Source: Candidatus Heimdallarchaeota archaeon
Lineage (GTDB): Archaea > Asgardarchaeota > Heimdallarchaeia > Heimdallarchaeales > Heimdallarchaeaceae
Direction: 5' to 3'
Assembly (NCBI GenBank): GCA_030668875.1
Contig: DAOVER010000009.1
Location: 54,597-86,596 of the forward strand
DNA length: 32,000 nt
The notes under the pieces were generated by a model, which had not been told where the DNA came from, did not search any database, and saw only the letters and a list, made by a program, of their open reading frames with translations. Below are positions 17,459-24,522 of the stretch, in pieces. How positions within the stretch are numbered: the stretch's first letter is position 1; each line of letters opens with the position of its first letter. A program made the translations under genes and the position numbers.

Positions 17459-19140
17459 GTTTGTTTGTCCTCATATTCTTTCTCGACATCATCTGCTGTT
17501 CTAGTAGCAGCAAAAACTTTCATTCTATCTATTTCTCTGAAATGTGTAATTGTTATGATTATAGGTATAGTTAGTGAGACTGCAGCAATTATAAACCATC
17601 CGAACAACGCATCACCTTTCCAGATGGTTTCCCAACTTGCGATATAATACAGAACTGCAAGTCCAAGTAATCCTATAGACCAAAGCGTATATTTAATTTT
17701 TGCACTCATTTTACCCATAGTTCGAGTTTTTTCTTTAACAGTTCGATCAAAATCTTTCTTAACACCTAGAAGAGCACTCAAGACAGCCCAAATGAGGAAG
17801 GATTGTGCTGTAAGCATGAGCATATAGAAAGCAGAAATAGTCCAATTCATTCCGAAGAAGCCACGAAGTTTGATCATTCTATCCTCTTTGCTTTCTCTAT
17901 ACCAAGAAACATAAGCCATTATCAAACTTGCAAAAGCAATAAGAAGTGGAGCAGCAAGTAGCAAGGGAACTGTATCGTTTAAAATTGGTCTAACAAAATT
18001 GAACTCTTCAATTTCATGTTTGGTTCTTAACATATACATAATATAAAGAAGAAGATTAACAAACCACATTGTTAACCCGATTATGGGTGTGAACAATGTA
18101 GACAAAATATCAACTTTGTTTATCACAGAGTTTTTACCTTTCAAAATTTTCCATAATCGTTTTCGTATGATTGATGTGATTCCATTAGTCCATCTCCACA
18201 CTTGGTTTATCATGCTTATAGGATTCCATGGAACTAACCCTCTAGAACAAATCTCATGAAGATAACGAGTTTTGTATCCCTTTGACATTAAAGCGAAGGA
18301 TGTATCAGTATCTTCAGCTAAAGTGTCATCATGAAATCCACCATACTCCAACAATAATTCAGTTCTAAACATACCTGTAGTTCCAGCAAAAATGACACCG
18401 TTCCTTGTTCCTCTACTTTTCTGATAAACATGGAAAAATTGTGTGTGGATATATGCACTGCTGCGCTGCAAATAATTATCTTGATTAACAAACATTGGCT
18501 TACCTTGTACTAATATTATATCATCTTCAGTAAAACCAGATAAGCAGGTACGGATGAAGTTTGGAGTAGGAATATGATCGGAATCTAAGATTCCGACAAA
18601 ATCACACTTGATATGTTTTAAAGCATTATTAATTGCTCCAGCTTTGAAACCTTTTCTTGAATCTCTATGGATGAATTTGACATTTCTTTCTTTGCAAAAA
18701 ACTTCAATATCAGTAGATTCTCCTGCAGGACTATCATCACAAACCACTACTTCAAAGCGATTTTTAGGATAATCAATATTTAATGCTCCATCAATTGTTT
18801 TGGAAACCACTGTGAGAGGTTCCTTATAGAAAGGGAGAAAGATAGCAACTTTGGGGAGAGGATCTGAAGATAAATATTTGTTTTTGTCATCCCTCAATAA
18901 GCGATATTCAGAAGAAGAACCGATATAATAGTATACGAACACAGAATAAAATGATGAGAATAATTCAATCAGCAATATGAGAAAATTTAGAATTAAACCT
19001 ACTATTGCTTTCCAACCACTTAGACCAAATTTGGTTGTATATTCAGTAACAATATAGATGCTACTTGTAATTGCATAGTAACCCAGAAAAGCAAATAAAA
19101 TAACCGCAAGTGAGTACCATAGTGTTTTTTTCCAACCCAT
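17455..19140 (-). CDS. Processive GT2 glycosyltransferase, cellulose-synthase-like (paralog 2)
   Basis: CDDS, FKAGAINNAL, LDSDH (DxD), VQGKP, IFAGT, LAED (TED-equivalent), QVWRW (QxxRW). Two N-terminal and about 5-6 C-terminal TMs; no PilZ domain. Confidence 0.9.
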   Translation of the reverse strand: MGWKKTLWYSLAVILFAFLGYYAITSSIYIVTEYTTKFGLSGWKAIVGLILNFLILLIELFSSFYSVFVYYYIGSSSEYRLLRDDKNKYLSSDPLPKVAIFLPFYKEPLTVVSKTIDGALNIDYPKNRFEVVVCDDSPAGESTDIEVFCKERNVKFIHRDSRKGFKAGAINNALKHIKCDFVGILDSDHIPTPNFIRTCLSGFTEDDIILVQGKPMFVNQDNYLQRSSAYIHTQFFHVYQKSRGTRNGVIFAGTTGMFRTELLLEYGGFHDDTLAEDTDTSFALMSKGYKTRYLHEICSRGLVPWNPISMINQVWRWTNGITSIIRKRLWKILKGKNSVINKVDILSTLFTPIIGLTMWFVNLLLYIMYMLRTKHEIEEFNFVRPILNDTVPLLLAAPLLIAFASLIMAYVSWYRESKEDRMIKLRGFFGMNWTISAFYMLMLTAQSFLIWAVLSALLGVKKDFDRTVKEKTRTMGKMSAKIKYTLWSIGLLGLAVLYYIASWETIWKGDALFGWFIIAAVSLTIPIIITITHFREIDRMKVFAATRTADDVEKEYEDKQT

Positions 19141-19142
19141 GT

Positions 19143-20792
19143 CTAAACCTCGATATCATTTTTTTTCCTTGGAGTAAAATAAGGTTTGTTATGTCTCGTT
19201 GTCACATAGAAAAACAGACTAACGGGAAATGTTGCAACAAGCGAAAGTCCTAGAAGACCCAACACAATCCATAAACTTTGACTACCAAAGAAATCAAAAT
19301 AAGCTAAAACTATTAACCCAGCACCGAGAAGGGATATAATAGCAGAAACTGGAATGAAAGGTACTTTCTCGTTCCATTGATCCCTCCTTCTATCTGGCTC
19401 TCTTCTTCTGAAAATGGTTTTTATCACTGCATAGACAGTAAATGGGTTTAGAGTTAGTGCAATAAGGAAAAATAAGAGTAAATCAAAAATATTAATCTTA
19501 AATTCCCTACCTTTTTTGGAAAATAGAACGGCAATAATTGCTGAAATCTGATAAGAGATAGCTAGTGCAACAGGCATAATGATCAGAGGAGGAAAGTTTT
19601 CAGTGGGAAGACGGATAGCTTTGCTTCCAGTAAAGAACATTATAACATAAAAAAAGATTGTCAGGTACATCGACGAGGCAATGAAGAACAATAGAGTACT
19701 AAAGGAAAGGTCAAGCTTATCAAATAAAGACATTCTTCCTTTTAGTATGTTTTTCCATCTCAATTTCAGTGTGTGCATGCTTCCTTTTGCCCATCGGAGA
19801 ATTTGAGAGAGCAAAAGAGGAAAATTTGATGGAACTAAACCAAAACTACCATATTCATCAACTAAAACACTATCATATCCTCTGGTTAAAATTTGAATAG
19901 TTAAATCAACATCTTCGGTGAACGTTGCAATGGGGACCCCTCCAACTTCATCTAGAACTCTTTTCTTGAAACACGCAGTAGAGCCATTAAAAATAACCTT
20001 TTTACGTTTATTTTTTGATCTCTCAAATACCTCAAAAAACTGAGCATACATCACTGCTTCCCATATTTGTAATTTCGATTTTATATTTCGGAAATTAACT
20101 TTGGCTTGTACAAATGCAATATTTTCATCTTGTACTAACTTGGAGATACTCTTTTTAAGAAAATTTGGAGTTAATCTGTGGTCATAATCAAGAAACACCA
20201 CATAATCAGTCTTAACTTGCTTAAGCATAATGTTCAGCATACCTGCTTTGAAGTTGTAATTCTCTCCATAATAGATGTAAACAGCTCCATGTTTTTCAGA
20301 AAGGAGAGAGATTTCTTTATCATACTCAGGAGACTTCTCAGAGTCATCTCCAATAAGAATGTGGACTTTATTATGTAGATAATTAGAATCGCGTATAGAT
20401 TGCAATGTCTCATGAAGTACATCAAGGTTAGGGGAATGAATTGGCACCAATACACTTACCATTGGAAAATCTTCTATTGAATCATTAATCTCTTCCTCTT
20501 TAGCTAAAGGTATAGAACAAGTTGTACTCATGTGTTTGAATAACATTACTGTGTAGAAAATGCTCATAGCTTCAACAATCAACGACAGGAAATTGAGAAT
20601 TGCTTGAACAACAATGAGGGTAACCGATGATTCCAAAGGGGGGGTAATTACAGATCCTATTATTAAAACTAGAGACCAGACAAAATAAATTATTCCAACA
20701 AGCAAAACAGCAATAGTAAAAACAAATAGAAAAAACCCTAGGATTTTCCATGTTTTTGATTCTCGTTTTGTGTTTTGTTGATTAAATCCCAT
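19143..20792 (-). CDS. Processive GT2 glycosyltransferase, cellulose-synthase-like (paralog 1)
   Basis: GDDS, FKAGMLN, LDYDH (DxD), VQAK, IFNGS, FTED, QILRW (QxxRW). Two N-terminal and about 5-6 C-terminal TMs; no PilZ domain. Confidence 0.9.
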   Translation of the reverse strand: MGFNQQNTKRESKTWKILGFFLFVFTIAVLLVGIIYFVWSLVLIIGSVITPPLESSVTLIVVQAILNFLSLIVEAMSIFYTVMLFKHMSTTCSIPLAKEEEINDSIEDFPMVSVLVPIHSPNLDVLHETLQSIRDSNYLHNKVHILIGDDSEKSPEYDKEISLLSEKHGAVYIYYGENYNFKAGMLNIMLKQVKTDYVVFLDYDHRLTPNFLKKSISKLVQDENIAFVQAKVNFRNIKSKLQIWEAVMYAQFFEVFERSKNKRKKVIFNGSTACFKKRVLDEVGGVPIATFTEDVDLTIQILTRGYDSVLVDEYGSFGLVPSNFPLLLSQILRWAKGSMHTLKLRWKNILKGRMSLFDKLDLSFSTLLFFIASSMYLTIFFYVIMFFTGSKAIRLPTENFPPLIIMPVALAISYQISAIIAVLFSKKGREFKINIFDLLLFFLIALTLNPFTVYAVIKTIFRRREPDRRRDQWNEKVPFIPVSAIISLLGAGLIVLAYFDFFGSQSLWIVLGLLGLSLVATFPVSLFFYVTTRHNKPYFTPRKKNDIEV

Positions 20793-20853
20793 TAGAGCAT
20801 CTACTCTGCGTCTACAACCCCTTATATGAGGCTTGCTATTTAGATTTTCTGTT

Positions 20854-20937
20854 TAATAGGGAACATTGAGATCAGTGTGAGCTGAGTAAATCATGGACTT
20901 CATAGGTTGTTCGCTATACATCATATCTATCATTCCC
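20854..20937 (-). ncRNA. Box C/D 2'-O-methylation guide sRNA (double guide), predicted targets LSU rRNA U2552 and A2577 (E. coli numbering)
   Basis: Minus strand reads GGGAAUGAUAGAU [C: AUGAUGU] AUAGCGAACAACCU [D': AUGA] AGUCC [C': AUGAUUU] ACUCAGCUCACA [D: CUGA] UCUCAAU GUUCCCUAUUA. Box order and spacing are canonical, and an AGA/UCU stem closes the C/D K-turn. Both guides are complementary to recalled conserved LSU rRNA sequences (AGGUUGUUCGC and GUGAGCUGGGU). The ends are approximate. Confidence 0.85.
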
Positions 20938-21018
20938 AGCTCAAATTATAAATGACTAAAATAAGATTATTGTTTGTAAAGAAAATATGAAAAAAGTTAG
21001 AAAAATTAAGAATCTTAG

Positions 21019-22065
21019 CTAAGATTCCTCTGTTGCTTCTTCAGTTTCAACTTCTTCTTGATCCGCTATTTCAAAATCTCCTTTGGAACTAACCAGCCCT
21101 TGTCTCTGCATTTGAAGGACTTTATCTTTTTGTTGTTTTAGTGCATCTATTGCACTTTTTGGCACAGGTGGAGGGTCATAACGTTTTATCAATGCAGTGA
21201 GAGCTTCTTTCTCCTTCTTCAAATTTAGTCTGTCACATACAGAGTAGAATAGTTCATCATAAAGGAAAAGCTCCTCTAATAGCTGATCATAATCTTTTCT
21301 TAATTTTTCATCCTTCAGATTCTTGATATCATCAGAAACAATCTCTTTGATGTAAATATGAATGATATCGTCATTTTCTGTAATTTCTCCTAGGTAGAAA
21401 ATGAATTTTGATAAATCTGCTTTAGCATCATGGACTGCAATATTGATAAGAAGAGTTCTAAAGTCATCAACAAATATTTTTGCTAAAGCTACCTCATCGA
21501 TTTTTAAATACTTAAGTAAATCTTCTTGCCAATTATCATCTAACTTGGAATAATTAAATAACAGGGCGGGTACCAAATAATCAAACAAAGGTTTTCTTAT
21601 TGCATCAATTTCCTCATCTGATAATTTCTTCAAGTTCTTAAGAAATATCTTGTAGAATTGAGCATTTCCACTAGCTTCAAAGTAACGTATAAGAGGCAGA
21701 ATCATTTGATGTTTTCCTAGTCCTTTGTAAGCGATTTTTGATAGTAGTTTATTACCACCAATAAGTAAACCAATCATTACAGGTATCAATATTAGAAATG
21801 CCCATAATTGGTTACTGTTTTCAGAAGGCACTAATACAAAAATGAGAATGACACTTGTCATTGTTATCACCATAGTTCCGATCTGGATATATTTTCTGAA
21901 TTTAGAAGCATTGGGAGAATTAAAGCAAAGAGCACAAATTTTCTTATCTTCAACTGTTCTAGCTTCCTCTGAATCACATATTGGTAAACCACAGAGAGCG
22001 CATTGACCTGTGGATTTATTGTGAAAATGAAAAGCACAAATCTCTTCGTTTGCAGTTTTGGACAT
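21019..22065 (-). CDS. Membrane protein with N-terminal B-box-like zinc finger, 2 TMs, helical cytoplasmic domain and acidic tail
   Basis: CAFH-x8-CALC-x4-C-x13-CALC, two hydrophobic helices at about residues 60-105, a long amphipathic helical region, and the tail EEVETEEATEES. Confidence 0.7.
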   Translation of the reverse strand: MSKTANEEICAFHFHNKSTGQCALCGLPICDSEEARTVEDKKICALCFNSPNASKFRKYIQIGTMVITMTSVILIFVLVPSENSNQLWAFLILIPVMIGLLIGGNKLLSKIAYKGLGKHQMILPLIRYFEASGNAQFYKIFLKNLKKLSDEEIDAIRKPLFDYLVPALLFNYSKLDDNWQEDLLKYLKIDEVALAKIFVDDFRTLLINIAVHDAKADLSKFIFYLGEITENDDIIHIYIKEIVSDDIKNLKDEKLRKDYDQLLEELFLYDELFYSVCDRLNLKKEKEALTALIKRYDPPPVPKSAIDALKQQKDKVLQMQRQGLVSSKGDFEIADQEEVETEEATEES

Positions 22066-22263
22066 AATTGAGAATAATAAGGTGTTTTTTTAACTTTATC
22101 GACCTTAACCTCTTTTGTTTTCTAATTAACTTGGAAACAGTTTGTATTAATAGAACAGAAATTAATCGTTATCGGTTAAATTCGTCTTCCCTATAAGCAG
22201 AATTTATAAGTTGAAACAAAAATATAAACTTGTAAGTAAATCCGATTAAGGTAGTGATGTTCA

Positions 22264-22869
22264 GTGAGCAGTGACGATACGGTTCAAATAATTATACGCG
22301 AAGCAAAAGATATTCTTGCAAAACAATCAGCTGAGGATTTCTTGAGTTATGTAGAAGGCAAGACCTCAGAGTTAGAAAAATTAGATCAGATTCTAGAATC
22401 TATTATTCTATGGCACTTTGTTGCAGAAACCATGGAAAATTTCGAAGAAGAAGACTATTTAGCTTACGCTTACAGCAAATTAATCAGCAGATATATGCTA
22501 GTTGATAATCTTAACAAAGCTGAGGAAATTTATGAAGATTCTGAGGATAAAAATCTTTCCAGTTTCCATTTAGACACTGTAAAAACAATTTTTGCTGGAA
22601 GACAACAAACTAAAGGAAATCGAGAAATCATTAAAATCCACCGTATGGATGTTTTTGGGGATCTTGAACTAATCCCAGCTAGTCCAAATATATATTTTGA
22701 GAATGTCTCAATAATCAGAAGGTATATTCATAATAATCTACCAGAAGGAACCTTTTCCATAGTTATCCTAAATCACAAGAATAACACTGAAGAAGAAATA
22801 GAGATTTCGACTGAAATTCTTTCAGAATACGAAGTAATATCAATGAACGAAAAAGTGAGGATGAACTAA
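22264..22869 (+). CDS. Hypothetical acidic protein, helical (TPR-like) N-terminal half
   Basis: 201 aa ORF with GTG start. LAYAYSKLISRYMLVDNLNKAEEIYE resembles a TPR helix pair. There is a 1 nt gap to the next ORF. Confidence 0.7.
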   Translation: MSSDDTVQIIIREAKDILAKQSAEDFLSYVEGKTSELEKLDQILESIILWHFVAETMENFEEEDYLAYAYSKLISRYMLVDNLNKAEEIYEDSEDKNLSSFHLDTVKTIFAGRQQTKGNREIIKIHRMDVFGDLELIPASPNIYFENVSIIRRYIHNNLPEGTFSIVILNHKNNTEEEIEISTEILSEYEVISMNEKVRMN

Positions 22870-22870
22870 G

Positions 22871-24433
22871 ATGCCAGAGAAACAAGCGATTTGGGGATCT
22901 GCCAGATATTTCATCAAAATTGACCCTTACACAAATGTTTTCAGTACTTCAATGAGTGCATTAGTATCATTCTTCGACACTCATGGACTAATTAATGAAA
23001 AGGAATGCAAAAATCTTCAGGAGATTGCTAGAACTGTGCAGGAGTTCTGGTCAACTATTCTAGCTCCTCACGAAACAAGAGTTGCTAGGTGGATAGTTGA
23101 ATATTTATCAGAGATAAATATCATTGGAAACTACGATTTACTCTTGCGTCTTCTTCGTTCTGATGAAGACATGGCAGAGGATTTGGACGATCTTATTAAA
23201 GATACAAAATCAGTTGCTACAGAGGATTTTGAAGAAGCCTTTAACATTCCAGAAGACACAAAAATAATCGGTCACGAGATTACCATTACAAGACTTCCTG
23301 AAGATGATTACTTGAGAAATGAACTTCTACAAAAAATCCTAGAAGACAACAAATATCAGGTTCCATTATCAATAAAAAGTAGAAGTCAATTTAAACTTCC
23401 TAATGGCGAAATTGCAACTGTTGAAAAGGAAAATACTTTAGGAATTGGAGAAACTCAAAGAGATGTTAAGCTGTTCTCTGTTTTGGAAAACGAATATGAT
23501 GAACCAATTACAGAAGTTGAAATTGTAGATGAAATCCCCTATTACTTTGAAATGGAAGATATGGGTATAGATAATTTGGAAATTGAGCCAACTAAAGAGA
23601 AAAAGGAGAAGGTTTTAGAGGTTATCTGGAAAATCCCAGAAATCAAACCAAAAGAAAAAGTTGAAATTAATTACAAACTTGCAAAACGAATAAATCGCAC
23701 AATTCTTGAAATCGTTCAAAATGAAGTTATAGCAGTTTTGAATGTTTTTGAAAATATCGAAGCTAAAGGATTAGAATTCCTCGCTCACACAGAATACATC
23801 AATATTCACAATAGACCTTTACATGAATTGCACATTGTTGATGAAATACCTCCCGAGTTTAATATTATAAGAACAAATCCTGAAGCCTTACCCCCAACAG
23901 GTGTTATAGAAAAAGCAAAGTTAAAAGGAATTAACATCCAATGGAAACAAAAGAATGTTAACGTAAATCAAACAATTGAAAAAAGCTATACATTAGATTA
24001 CTTCCCATATCTTTTCCGAGGTAAGAAAGTCATAGTAAATGAGGAAGGAAGTACACTATTCAAGATTGCCAAATTTATAATGCCTTCTGAAAAAGAGATG
24101 GGTTACACCGTGCTATATATCATAAAGAACGTGAAATCTGAAACTAGTGACTTAATTTCTTTGATGGATAAACTTCCAGTAAATCACACAATTGTTGGAA
24201 GAAAACCTGAAGAATCTCAAGTTATGGAGCAAATTGACGATGAAGGAGAGAAAATTATCACATGGATTGTAGAAGCTCCTACAGCTAGAAAAAGCACAAC
24301 TCTGAAGGTTTTTGTATCGGGTGATACACCGCCGGTATTTGATATATTCAAGGTTTTCATAGGAGATAAAGAGGAAAAGGAAGTGTTAGAGAAAGAGACT
24401 ACTATTAGAAGAGAGATGGTTAAATCTCCCTAA
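22871..24433 (+). CDS. Hypothetical cytoplasmic protein with three Ig-like (DUF11/TRAP-beta-like) repeats
   Basis: Three N...(V/I)xD(E/K)(I/L)P...(I)xW...Y repeats: VEIVDEIP/VIWKIPEIKPKEKVEINY, LHIVDEIP/IQWKQKNVNVNQTIEKSY and ISLMDKLP/ITWIVE. No signal peptide or TM is visible. Confidence 0.7.
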   Translation: MPEKQAIWGSARYFIKIDPYTNVFSTSMSALVSFFDTHGLINEKECKNLQEIARTVQEFWSTILAPHETRVARWIVEYLSEINIIGNYDLLLRLLRSDEDMAEDLDDLIKDTKSVATEDFEEAFNIPEDTKIIGHEITITRLPEDDYLRNELLQKILEDNKYQVPLSIKSRSQFKLPNGEIATVEKENTLGIGETQRDVKLFSVLENEYDEPITEVEIVDEIPYYFEMEDMGIDNLEIEPTKEKKEKVLEVIWKIPEIKPKEKVEINYKLAKRINRTILEIVQNEVIAVLNVFENIEAKGLEFLAHTEYINIHNRPLHELHIVDEIPPEFNIIRTNPEALPPTGVIEKAKLKGINIQWKQKNVNVNQTIEKSYTLDYFPYLFRGKKVIVNEEGSTLFKIAKFIMPSEKEMGYTVLYIIKNVKSETSDLISLMDKLPVNHTIVGRKPEESQVMEQIDDEGEKIITWIVEAPTARKSTTLKVFVSGDTPPVFDIFKVFIGDKEEKEVLEKETTIRREMVKSP

Positions 24434-24522
24434 TTTTCTTTACCTATCTTAGTGAATCATGATCAGAGCTCTTATTTTTTAAAAAGTGAAGTTGGATATG
24501 TCTGCCTCCACAGAATTTATTT

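Noticed and set aside
9296-20792. Calling the GT2 genes bcsA/cellulose synthase or the permeases lolC/lolE/macB
   Set aside because: Family motifs are clear, but product specificity and orthology cannot be assigned from sequence by eye; PilZ, BcsB and the ATPase are absent.
22869-22871. Frameshift or pseudogene split between 22264..22869 and 22871..24433
   Set aside because: A clean stop, a 1 nt gap and an ATG with upstream GAGG indicate normal translational coupling; no slippery site was seen.
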